This document shows positions 41,984 to 51,716 of a stretch of DNA of 64,000 nucleotides, one piece after another. A program made the translations under genes and the position numbers. The first letter of the stretch is position 1. The number at the start of each line of letters is the position of its first letter. The stretch is from a virus, in the IMG/VR virus record IMGVR_UViG_3300024353_000005, positions 17,675-81,674 of that record; one strand, 5' to 3'. The notes under the pieces were generated by a model that was given only the letters and a program-made list of their open reading frames with translations, was not told the origin of the DNA and did no database searches.

Positions 41984-42409
41984 CTATTCGTTCCAGTCTG
42001 CTCGCCTTGAACGCTTTAGTTTACTCAAAGCATAACTGTCAGCCTGATATTCTCTTCTCCTCTCAGGCCATCTATTATAGTCCTTATTATTAGAGCGGTC
42101 TATGCTATGCTTTAGCTCATGATATATTAAGAAGCGGATCTCATTGTGCAAGTTATGCAAGGTATATTTAGCTAATAATTCTTTACGTCCTTGATAGTAA
42201 CAGTCTGTATATCCTTCTTTTATGCGAATTTTAGCCCCAGCTATGGAGAGAGTTATTTTATAGCTCCCATCAAAGTAGGAGTAGCAATGGGAGAAGGAAG
42301 TGCGGTTATCTATACTTACAGATAGTCCTTGTCTGTCTATCTTTTCATTCTTGACTATATTCCAGAATAACTGCTTGACTAATTTCTTTTCTACTTCCTG
42401 TCTCTTCAT
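41984..42409 (-). CDS. HExxH metallopeptidase-like protein
   Basis: IYHELKH..REYQADSYA; start ATG 42409 after GGAGG. Confidence 0.65.
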   Translation of the reverse strand: MKRQEVEKKLVKQLFWNIVKNEKIDRQGLSVSIDNRTSFSHCYSYFDGSYKITLSIAGAKIRIKEGYTDCYYQGRKELLAKYTLHNLHNEIRFLIYHELKHSIDRSNNKDYNRWPERRREYQADSYALSKLKRSRRADWNE

Positions 42410-42567
42410 TTTAACCGCCTCCCTTAAAATATACAGAGTACCACTATCACCATCAAACCTAAATAAACTAAACCTACTAAACCTAACAGATTGACTTCGC
42501 CTTTGCTTCTCCTTGCCCTTGTATCTTGTTTTATCGTTCTCATCGTCTTTTCCTCCTTCCACTCTAT

Positions 42568-42595
42568 AGCTTACCACAAAATCCCGAAATGTCAA
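42568..42595 (-). promoter_or_regulatory. First leftward early promoter
   Basis: TTGACA-16-TAAGCT with extended TG; spacer shares TTTCGGGATTTT with the 38.5 kb promoter. Confidence 0.7.
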
Positions 42596-42599
42596 GGGT

Positions 42600-43619
42600 C
42601 TTTTTTAAAATAAATTTTTTGCCTTAACTAATAATATACTATTGTAATATATGTATAGAGAAAAACTGGGATACTCCAGCCCGTAGCATACAATTATAAT
42701 ACAATAGTGAGCGAATAAAATACTGGTATAAATACAAAATAATATAATGAGCAGTAACAGGGAGATAGAGGGAGAGAACCGCTCCGACGCTGGCCGACGA
42801 CGATGGGCGACAAACGTGCTTGAGCTGGCGGAGGCGATAAAATGTCATAACTGTAATGGCTAACGAAACTTATGAGCGATTTCCGAAAATTAGAGTGAAA
42901 ATGGTGGTGGGTGGGTATCTATATATGCACATTCATATACTTTTTATGGTGATTGTATTTAACTCTTTTTATTCATTAGAGTTAGGACATTTATTACCTT
43001 AGCTCGCTTTGCAGTATTATTCAAAGGTTTGATTTAGCCCAGATTTACTATATCCTGTAGTAAGATTTATGCTTGGTAGAGTCTTACTATATTCTATAGC
43101 AACTTTTATCTCTTGTTCTACTGCATAGAACAGTTGTTCTATCTTATAGAACATTTTGATGGTACTGTTCACTTTTCTATATTGTTCACTTAATATTGAA
43201 CATTAGATATATCTTATAGTAACTCGTTACCTAACAGTATAGCCTCAATGTAATATTTCGTTTGGCAATCATTTTTAGTGACTTAAAGAAATAAGATTAT
43301 CTAGTTTTATACAGCTCCCTATAGGTTTTCATACAACTTATAAGTAGTAATTGATAGTTCCAGATTTCTGTAGTGCCTGGGATCACATCTTAACTTTCTG
43401 CGGAAAAATCAGAAAAGTTCCAAAATTCACAGGTAGAGGTTATAGTATCTCGGCTTTTTGCGAGAGATTCAAAGAAAGCAGCCTCCATAACTGGTTCAAA
43501 ATACTTGAATTAAATTATTTTAAAATTTTACTTATAATTTTCCGACTTTTTACGTATAATAGTAGTGAGGGGTATTGAACCCCAATATCTTTTTTTGGTC
43601 TTAATTTGACAATTTAGGA
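42600..43619. other. ~1 kb non-coding divergence region with palindromic repeats
   Basis: Coding strand switches here; no credible ORF. Confidence 0.7.
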
Positions 43620-44978
43620 GTGAATTTGACCTTTCCTTTCTTTAATAGGCATAAGCGAGAAAAAGACAAGCTTATTGCCGAGATACAAGATTTACAGAAA
43701 AAAGCAGTTCAAGAACCCAAAATAGACCCAGCATCCTATATTCACGATTATAGTGAAAGTGATGAAACTAAGGGTAGGGATACTCGTGTTAGCTACTCGA
43801 TGCTGGAGCAGATATACAAGAAAGAATCTTGGGTGAGAGCATGCGTAGATGTTATAGTTAGAACCGCCACCTCAAATGGGTGGCGTTTACTTTCTATAGA
43901 GAGTAAAATTGACTTAAAAGGAGCTGAGTTAAGCAAAGCTTTATCCTCAAATTTAAAAATAATGGCTTTAAAGGACTTGCTAGAAGAACCCAATGCGGAT
44001 GACACATTTTCAGATATAGTCGCTGAAATTATCACAGATTTGCATATTTATGGCGATGCTTATGTTGAGGTTGTAAGAGATAAGGCTACTGATTTGCCAG
44101 TAGCCCTTTATAATGTATATTGTCCATCAATGAGAATCAAAGTTGACGAGCATGGTCGGGTGTTGGGTTATGTTCAGGTTTTTGATTGGCAGATAGTTGC
44201 CGAGTTTAAACTTAACCAGATTATCCATTTTAGACTAATTAATCCTGGTTCAGAAGTTTATGGCTTATCACCTCTGGAAAGTTTAATCATACCCATTGAA
44301 ACCGATCTTTATGCTCAAGCATATAACAAAAACTTTTTCAAAAATGATGCGACACCAAGATTGCATGTTGATTTAGGTAATTGTACGCTACCTCAGTTAA
44401 AGAGAATGAGGGAATATTGGCGAACTGTTTATAAGGGTAGTGGTAAATCCCATAAAACAATTATAACTGAGGGTGGGGCAAAAATAACTCCCATCGGAAC
44501 TCCTCCAAAGGATATGGAGTTCTTGAATCAGAGGAAATTTAACCGAGATGAGATTTTGGCTGTTCTCGGTGTGCCTCCGATTATGGTTGGAATAGTTGAA
44601 AGTTCAAACAGGGCAAACTCAAAAGAACAAGCAAATGCTTTTAAAACAGAGAAAATTATTCCACTTCAAAAAATGGTAGCAGCCAAATTAAATAAGCTAT
44701 TGATTTCTGAGTTCACAAATAAATACACTTTCAAATTCGCTGAATTAGATTTGCGAGATGCTTTGGATGCAGCAAGGATAGACCAGATGGATTTGAAAGC
44801 TGGAATTCGTGATATTGAGGAAGTTCGCAGAGACAGGGGATTACCTCCCAAGAAGAAACATTCGATTGAGCAAGAAGAAATTGAAGAGCCACAGGAAAAG
44901 CCAAAAAAGAAGACCAAAAGAGATAAGAAGTCGAAGAAGATTATCAGATTTTTGAAAGAAGACAAGGAAAGGGAATAG
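43620..44978 (+). CDS. HK97-family portal protein
   Basis: WVRACVDVI, PNADDT, YGDAY, IIHFR, YGLSPL, FFKN, DMEFL, GVPP. Confidence 0.95.
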   Translation: MNLTFPFFNRHKREKDKLIAEIQDLQKKAVQEPKIDPASYIHDYSESDETKGRDTRVSYSMLEQIYKKESWVRACVDVIVRTATSNGWRLLSIESKIDLKGAELSKALSSNLKIMALKDLLEEPNADDTFSDIVAEIITDLHIYGDAYVEVVRDKATDLPVALYNVYCPSMRIKVDEHGRVLGYVQVFDWQIVAEFKLNQIIHFRLINPGSEVYGLSPLESLIIPIETDLYAQAYNKNFFKNDATPRLHVDLGNCTLPQLKRMREYWRTVYKGSGKSHKTIITEGGAKITPIGTPPKDMEFLNQRKFNRDEILAVLGVPPIMVGIVESSNRANSKEQANAFKTEKIIPLQKMVAAKLNKLLISEFTNKYTFKFAELDLRDALDAARIDQMDLKAGIRDIEEVRRDRGLPPKKKHSIEQEEIEEPQEKPKKKTKRDKKSKKIIRFLKEDKERE

Positions 44979-45074
44979 GCGGGTAAATTGAGTTTACTCA
45001 GCGAAAAAAAAGATAACTCAATTTAGGGCTGGCACGAAATAAGGTTTGCCCGCCCTCCTAATATTTTAAAAAAT

Positions 45075-48000
45075 ATGAAAGAAAATACCAAAAAAGATTT
45101 AATAGTTCATCCCAGAAAGATAACTCCTGATATGAAAGCAGTTAAATTATCGGAGGTTGTTTCAGTTGTAGATTCATTTGTAATAAAAAATCCATTTCTA
45201 TTTTTGACAGGTGGGATAGTTAATCGGAATAAAACGAAGGGCGACTTTGATATTTTGTATCGGGCTGAGTATTTACCAGATAGGATGCTCCAAGAAATTA
45301 AAGAAAGACTAATGAATAGACTCAATGACGATTTGAGAAGTCGGAGTCACCTGATGACAGATGCCTACCATGGCCCTTTTACCTCAAATATCCCATTGGG
45401 AAAGTTACAAGTAACTAAAGTAGAAGAAAAGGCAGAGAAAAAATCTTATATCCCAGTCGGTTCTTCTGGTGTTGAAATGGGAGAAGATATTCACTTAAAT
45501 GATATTCTGAAAGGTCTTTCCTCTTTTGTATTTGAAGAAAAGTTTCTATGGTTAGTTGGCGAACTACCAGCAAATGGCGAAACCAAAAAATATATTGATT
45601 TTGTTTTTTGCTATCCAAAACTTCCATTATCTATTTCGGTTGCCCTTAAGTTTAGAATATGGAGAGCACTCCCCAAAGAATACTGGCATCGAATTAGGTA
45701 TCGGTTCGACACGAACTTCGAGCCATCCGATACAGATATTTGTCTTGGGAAATTAGAATTTATTTTAAATCCAGAATTTAATATAGTTGAGATGAGCTTG
45801 AAAAATTTAACTGCTAAACAAAGAGCTGCATCACCAGAAATAAGAGCTCAAGCAAAAGCCTCGTCGGAAGAAGACAAAGTTAAACTGTTTAGATTTTATT
45901 TACCGCTTAAACCAATTAGAGGATATTTCCCAAGGGAAAGACAGACTATCGGTTTATTTGTATCAATTGTAACAGATGAAAGTAAAGGGCCTTGGTATTC
46001 GACAAAGAAGTATGATGGATTAAATCTGGAGTTTCATTACGATAAAGGCAAAGCAACAATTATTAGCGAAGATGGAGAAGACAATACTGGTAGGTTTCCA
46101 AAGTTAATTGAAGAATTGAAGGAACTCGGTGCAGATAATTTTTCTTTTATAGCAGAAATAGAGTTATGGAAAACGGTGGATGGAGAATTGAAACATCAAC
46201 CGAGAGAAGCTGTTATAGGGAGAGTTCACAGGAAAGGCGAACCAGACGAAACTGGTTTGGTCGCAAATGTTTACGATATAACCTATCTGAATGGTAAAGA
46301 TATTCATAATGAGCCATTTGAAAAACGATTGCAAGCTTTGAAGTCTTTAAAATTTTTACAGGCAACTTGGAGAAAACCAAATTTAAAATATAAACTAAAT
46401 AGAGCACCAGCAGTCTTGAGCAAGTCAGCAGAAGATATTAGAAAGCATACACAATTTTTAAGAAAACTTGATGGTTCAGAAGGAAATGTAATTAAACTCT
46501 CATCTGCCAAATATAGATTGGATGGGAAAAGAAGTAATCAATGGAAATTCCATAACTCTGGAACTGCTAATGTAATTGTTATAGAAGCCATAGAAACAAA
46601 AGTGAAAAACATATGGAATTATCTTTTTGGACTTGACCCGCAGGATAAGAAAGTCCCAGAAAAACTTTTGGTTGAAATTGGTGGAAAGAAATATCTCAAG
46701 GTGGGAAAAACATTTTCTTCTGCTCGACCAATGAAAAAGGGCGATGTATTTTTGCTAGAATATGAAACTCTTAATTTGGAACGAAATGAAAAAACCGATG
46801 AAATAAAGGTAACGGCTTGGGCACCGAGGGAATTGGGAAAAGTTGAAGAAAAAGTTGATACAATAGATAATGCTGTGAGGAAAGCGAAAGCTGGATTAGT
46901 ATTTCAAGAAAAAATAATTCCAGTGGAAGGAGAAATTATTTACAAGATTGGATTAACTCCAGATTTGGAAAAACAAGTCTTGCTTTATAAGGAAGTTCCA
47001 GCCGAGGATAAAGGCCCTTATAAATATATCTGTCATCATCATTGGAGAGGCAAGAGCTGTCATACTGATTTACGTATTGTAGCAAAGCGTGGCGAATATG
47101 CAATTGGTTGGACGATAGATGATTTGATAAAGGGTGCTATTAAAGAGCCAGTAGTAACTATGAAGGAAGCGAAAAGAATTGAGAAAGAAGGCAAAGCATT
47201 TAAGATAGATTGGAAAACTGGAAAATTCGCTATGCGGAGAACTGCTGCTGGACAAGTAAAACCGACTGAATTACGAGCACACGAAAAAGCCAGAATACCA
47301 ATTGAATGGATGGAAGTTCAAGGAGTCGCTCCTGCTGGAACAGTTGGGGCAACAAAGGAGTATCCAGCTGTATTTTTAATTATAGATAAGGGTAAGGCAC
47401 AATACTTGACACAAAAGCCAGCTTTTCACGAATATTGGATGGATGGCACGCTAAAAGGCAGATTGGTTTTTCGCAGATTAGAGCAGAAAGCTTTTAAAAG
47501 TTTAGTGGAGAGGGGAATTTTACCAGAGTATATCTTGAATAGTTTTAATGCTTCATTGGCTTATGTAAATAAGGAACTCAATCCAACTGAAATTAATTGG
47601 GTTCCATTGACTAAGAATGGTTGTATAGTATTTAGGAAATCTGATTTAAGAAAAATTATTTTGCCACCGTCGGAAATTCCAGAAGGGAAACCTCGTGTAG
47701 GAGTTTTCTGGGTTGCGATTCAACCTATTGTGCAAGTTCCTTATGTTATTTCAAGACGAGCAGTAAATAAGAAGTGGGTTCCACCAAAAGGCTTTTCAGC
47801 ATTACCGTTAAATTTGAAAAAGAAAGTTCCAGAAGAGTTTAAATACTGGACAAAAACAAAAATAGGCGAAAGACGAAAAATTAGGGATGCTTATTTTGAA
47901 TATTTGAAAAAGCAACCGAAAAAGAAAAAAGTAGTAGAGAAGAAAGTGGGAACATTTCCATTTGCATTACATTGGCATTGGTTTCGTGGTCCAGTAGTTG

Positions 48001-48569
48001 TTAGGCGAGGACCATCTTCGCAACATTGGGATGTTAGAATAGATAATGGCGAAATGCCTTTCCCACATTTTCAATGCACCGAAAATCCAGCAGTAATTGA
48101 TAAAACAACCTGTGTGTATAAGCCTTGCAAAGTTAGAGAGGCACTTGAATGGAACGGTTCAATAGCCCCTGCTGGAGTTACTAAAGAACTGATTGAGGTA
48201 ACTGTAGTAGAAAAAGTCGATGAAACTGCTGAAGGAGAAATTTACACTGTTAAAGATAAAAAAGGCGAAATACATACTTCCAAGCCAGTTCGGTTTCCAC
48301 GATTGAAAAAGGATGACAAGGTTTGGATGGATCATTTGGAAAGATTATGGACTATTATTAATACCGACGCTAATCCGACAAAGAATACTCCAGCTTATTC
48401 AGTTTTGATAGATGATGGGAAAGCGGAAGTATTGGAAGATTCAGATTTATTTAAGAAAGTTAGATTTAGAGGGAAAAGTCTTAAAGGATTATATACATTT
48501 ACAAGAGAAGATCCGAAAACAGATATATGGGTAATGGAAAAAAGTGGTTTACCAGGAGAGGAAAGATAA
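45075..48569 (+). CDS. Multidomain protein: two Pol-beta-like NTase domains, ATP-dependent DNA ligase + OB fold, two LigD 3'-phosphoesterase-like domains
   Basis: LTGGIV..GDFDIL; KKYDG, AEIE, VYDI, EGNVIK; HHWRGKSCHTDLR..IDKG..LKGRL; HW..HWDVRID..IDDG..FRGKSLKGLY. Confidence 0.82.
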   Translation: MKENTKKDLIVHPRKITPDMKAVKLSEVVSVVDSFVIKNPFLFLTGGIVNRNKTKGDFDILYRAEYLPDRMLQEIKERLMNRLNDDLRSRSHLMTDAYHGPFTSNIPLGKLQVTKVEEKAEKKSYIPVGSSGVEMGEDIHLNDILKGLSSFVFEEKFLWLVGELPANGETKKYIDFVFCYPKLPLSISVALKFRIWRALPKEYWHRIRYRFDTNFEPSDTDICLGKLEFILNPEFNIVEMSLKNLTAKQRAASPEIRAQAKASSEEDKVKLFRFYLPLKPIRGYFPRERQTIGLFVSIVTDESKGPWYSTKKYDGLNLEFHYDKGKATIISEDGEDNTGRFPKLIEELKELGADNFSFIAEIELWKTVDGELKHQPREAVIGRVHRKGEPDETGLVANVYDITYLNGKDIHNEPFEKRLQALKSLKFLQATWRKPNLKYKLNRAPAVLSKSAEDIRKHTQFLRKLDGSEGNVIKLSSAKYRLDGKRSNQWKFHNSGTANVIVIEAIETKVKNIWNYLFGLDPQDKKVPEKLLVEIGGKKYLKVGKTFSSARPMKKGDVFLLEYETLNLERNEKTDEIKVTAWAPRELGKVEEKVDTIDNAVRKAKAGLVFQEKIIPVEGEIIYKIGLTPDLEKQVLLYKEVPAEDKGPYKYICHHHWRGKSCHTDLRIVAKRGEYAIGWTIDDLIKGAIKEPVVTMKEAKRIEKEGKAFKIDWKTGKFAMRRTAAGQVKPTELRAHEKARIPIEWMEVQGVAPAGTVGATKEYPAVFLIIDKGKAQYLTQKPAFHEYWMDGTLKGRLVFRRLEQKAFKSLVERGILPEYILNSFNASLAYVNKELNPTEINWVPLTKNGCIVFRKSDLRKIILPPSEIPEGKPRVGVFWVAIQPIVQVPYVISRRAVNKKWVPPKGFSALPLNLKKKVPEEFKYWTKTKIGERRKIRDAYFEYLKKQPKKKKVVEKKVGTFPFALHWHWFRGPVVVRRGPSSQHWDVRIDNGEMPFPHFQCTENPAVIDKTTCVYKPCKVREALEWNGSIAPAGVTKELIEVTVVEKVDETAEGEIYTVKDKKGEIHTSKPVRFPRLKKDDKVWMDHLERLWTIINTDANPTKNTPAYSVLIDDGKAEVLEDSDLFKKVRFRGKSLKGLYTFTREDPKTDIWVMEKSGLPGEER

Positions 48570-50047
48570 TGAATAAAATGTTTGATGAACCAACAAAAGA
48601 CGAAGCTATTGATTTAACGGAATTTGAGCCATCCAAAGCTGGTATCATAGATAAATTTTTAGGAACAAAACCACATAAGAGACGAACATTACATAAGAGT
48701 TTTCCAGGGTTTAAGGCAGCATTATTTTTTAAGGCGGTTACAGAAATTTTAAATGGGTATAAGATTTATGCTACTATTAGTATTTCTCGTGGTGAATTAG
48801 CTGCTCCAGAATATTCTTATTTGGCGGTTGGCAGAGATAAAAGAGAAGAACTTCTTATTGATGGTTACAGATTAGTTGAGAAAGATGGTAATAGAGTAGT
48901 TATTCTTGTAGAGCCAGGGATGAGAAGTATGTATTTAGATATTTATTATCCTGAAGAGAAGTCCGATTTAGCTTTGAATTTTTTAAAATCTGTTGAAAAA
49001 TATATGTCAGAAAATAATTTTTATAAAGGAGAAAAGATAACTCCTGCTGGTGAGTTTTTGCCTATTCCAAATTTAACATTTGATGATGTGAAATTACCAA
49101 TGGATAAAAAAGAGGCAATTAGAGTAGGAGCATTGGAGTTTTTTAAGAAAAAAGAAATATATGATAAGAATAATATTCCTTACAAAAGAGGTTTAATTCT
49201 TACTGGTCTTCCAGGAACTGGTAAAACTCTAACAGGTAAAATTTTACTGGCTCAAAGTGATTGCACATTTATATGGGTTACACAGGATATGGTTTGTTAT
49301 AGTGAAGATATCAAATATATGTATGATATGGCAAAGGAATTGGCTCCTTGTATTCTTTTTATGGAAGATTTAGACGACTATTTAGAAAAAAGTTCTGCTG
49401 TTGGTGTAGTAAAAACCCAAATGGATGGACTCACTTCTGTAGATGGTATTTGCACAATTCTTTGCACAAATTATCCTGATAGATTGCCAAAAGCTCTTCT
49501 TGATAGGCCGAGTCGTTTTGACGAAGTTGTTATATTCAGTTTGCCAGATGAACAACTTAGATATGAAATTTTAAATAAACTTGCACAACCTATGAACATC
49601 ACTAATAAAGATAAATGCTTAAGAGATATTGCATCGAAGTCCGATGGTCTAACTGGAGCCCATCTAAAGGAAGTTTTAGTTTATGCACTATTACTTTCTG
49701 CCGATGATGGTAGAGATATTGTGGAACTTAATGATTTAGAAAAATCACTTAAGAAGGTTTTAAAAACCAGAGAGTTAGTTAATGGTAAAATTGGTTTGAA
49801 GTCAATGGAAGAAATTGTTGATATGATTAAGAAAGAACTTGCAAAAGAAGACACAGAGGAAGCTCGGAAAGTTAAAGTTATTATAGTAAATGTTCCAAAG
49901 GAAATTTGGGAGTGTCCTTATTGTCACAAAGAAATTGGTGAGAAGGGAATATATTATGATGATGAAGTAGGAAAGCATTATCATAGACCATGCAAAAATC
50001 GTGGGAGCATAATTTTACCAGGTGAAGAAGGAGAGGAAACAAAATGA
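48569..50047 (+). CDS. AAA+ ATPase (classical clade)
   Basis: GLPGTGKT, LFMED, TNYPDRLPKALLDRPSRFD; TAATG coupling to the upstream gene. Confidence 0.92.
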   Translation: MNKMFDEPTKDEAIDLTEFEPSKAGIIDKFLGTKPHKRRTLHKSFPGFKAALFFKAVTEILNGYKIYATISISRGELAAPEYSYLAVGRDKREELLIDGYRLVEKDGNRVVILVEPGMRSMYLDIYYPEEKSDLALNFLKSVEKYMSENNFYKGEKITPAGEFLPIPNLTFDDVKLPMDKKEAIRVGALEFFKKKEIYDKNNIPYKRGLILTGLPGTGKTLTGKILLAQSDCTFIWVTQDMVCYSEDIKYMYDMAKELAPCILFMEDLDDYLEKSSAVGVVKTQMDGLTSVDGICTILCTNYPDRLPKALLDRPSRFDEVVIFSLPDEQLRYEILNKLAQPMNITNKDKCLRDIASKSDGLTGAHLKEVLVYALLLSADDGRDIVELNDLEKSLKKVLKTRELVNGKIGLKSMEEIVDMIKKELAKEDTEEARKVKVIIVNVPKEIWECPYCHKEIGEKGIYYDDEVGKHYHRPCKNRGSIILPGEEGEETK

Positions 50048-51660
50048 ACAATTTATTTGATAATTTGCAGTTTAAAGTCTATACAGATATTCTGAAGAAA
50101 TCTAAAAAGGATGGTAAGCGTCTTATCAGTGGATATGCTTCTACTGCTGCCCTCGATAGGCAGAACGAAGTTATTACTATAGAAGCATTGCGACAGGCTG
50201 CGAATCATCTGCTTGAAAACCATACTGTTTTCTACGAACATGAGCATCAAAAATTTCCCGTCGGAAAAGTTGTTGAAACAGGAATTGATGATAAAGGTTT
50301 GAGAGTTATTGTGGAGATTTCACAAACAGCCGACCAACTGTGGACATTAATAGAGGAAGATATTCTTGATAGTTTTAGTATCGGTGGCAGAGTAACATCA
50401 TCAGAGGAAAAAGTGGGAAAAGATGGTAAATCTTATAATGAGGTTACAGGCATAGAATTATTTGAGGTAAGTGTTGTTGGATTACCAGCTAATCCTGAAG
50501 CGAAATTTGCATTAGTAAATAAATCTTTTAACACAGCGATTACAGACGAAATCAAAAAGAGAAAGGAGGGGAAAGAAATGGCAGAAGAAAAGAAAATCGA
50601 AACTACTGATTCTGATACTACTAACATTACTGTTTCTGATGGAACTTCTGATGTTGTTGAGACTACAGAACCCAAAGCCGAAGAAAAGAAGGTTGAGGAG
50701 ATTGTGAAGGAAACAGCAGAGAAAAAAGAAACTACAAAAGTAGAAAAGAAAGAGGATAGTAAAATAGTAGAGAAGGAAGATACTCAGAAAGAGGATTTGG
50801 AGAAATATGAAAAAGAGGATAAAGAAGCCTCTGAAAAAATAGAGAAAGAAAAAGTTGAGGGTACAAAGACTGAATCTGCTTCTATAGCCTTAGACGATAC
50901 TTCTACTATTCAAATTAATCTCTTACCAGATAAAACTGATGATACAGTTTCAGAAGAAAAAGAGGAAAAATCTGAACCAGTGGAAGAAAAGAAGGAAGAA
51001 CCGAAAGTAGAGGAAAAAAAGGAAGAAGAGGTAGAAGACGATAGTGAAGCAACTTGGGAACTTTTAGTTGATGAAGTTGAAAATGCTAAACAATATCCCT
51101 ATCCTTATTATCCATATCCTTATGCAAAACTAGGTGAAGAGGTAAAGGAGATTATTTTCTTATTGGATAAACTTATCGCAAAAGAAACCAATGAGGATGT
51201 AAAAGCTATATTGCAGGAGATAAAGGCGAAGGTCTCAAAATTGGTTGGTCAGGCATATCCTTATCCTGAGAAATATCCTTATCCGAAAAAGGAAGAAGAA
51301 GCTGGGAAGCAATATCCAGCTCCTGAAGCTCCTCTAAAAGAAGTTTTGGCGAGTCTTAAGGATTTAGGTAAGAAGATTGATGAGGTTCTTGCAAGACTTC
51401 CTGAAAAAGATGTTGAAGTAAAAGAGCCAGAGAAGAAAAAGGAAGAACCTAAAGTTGAGGAAAAAATTTTAGAGGCTGAAAAGAAAGAAGAGCCAAAAGT
51501 TGAAAAGAAAGTTGAGAAAGCGGAAGAAGAAAAACCACAAAGAAAAAGTTTTATAGCAGATGCTCCTTATGCCGATAAGAAAAAGGATGAGGAGAAGAAA
51601 GATGTTAAAAAGACAACTGATAAAGGTTGGAACCGAATAGTATTTGGAGAACAAAAATAA
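50044..51660 (+). CDS. HK97-type prohead protease fused to an acidic scaffold domain
   Basis: ISGYAST..DRQNE, YEH, SFSIGG, LFEVSVVGLPANPEA; E/K-rich C-terminal part. Confidence 0.93.
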   Translation: MNNLFDNLQFKVYTDILKKSKKDGKRLISGYASTAALDRQNEVITIEALRQAANHLLENHTVFYEHEHQKFPVGKVVETGIDDKGLRVIVEISQTADQLWTLIEEDILDSFSIGGRVTSSEEKVGKDGKSYNEVTGIELFEVSVVGLPANPEAKFALVNKSFNTAITDEIKKRKEGKEMAEEKKIETTDSDTTNITVSDGTSDVVETTEPKAEEKKVEEIVKETAEKKETTKVEKKEDSKIVEKEDTQKEDLEKYEKEDKEASEKIEKEKVEGTKTESASIALDDTSTIQINLLPDKTDDTVSEEKEEKSEPVEEKKEEPKVEEKKEEEVEDDSEATWELLVDEVENAKQYPYPYYPYPYAKLGEEVKEIIFLLDKLIAKETNEDVKAILQEIKAKVSKLVGQAYPYPEKYPYPKKEEEAGKQYPAPEAPLKEVLASLKDLGKKIDEVLARLPEKDVEVKEPEKKKEEPKVEEKILEAEKKEEPKVEKKVEKAEEEKPQRKSFIADAPYADKKKDEEKKDVKKTTDKGWNRIVFGEQK

Positions 51661-51716
51661 TATCCTAGAAAAATTGTGCTAGGTTGAATCTGTAAAGACA
51701 GGAGGTGTTTTAAAAT

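Noticed and set aside
622-42494. Plus-strand ORFs in the left half (e.g. 622-1029, 7625-8218, 18033-18509)
   Set aside because: Antisense shadows of well-supported minus-strand genes
42410-42595. N-terminal extension of ORF 41984-42595
   Set aside because: The TTG start is the -35 box of a promoter; the RBS-backed start is 42409
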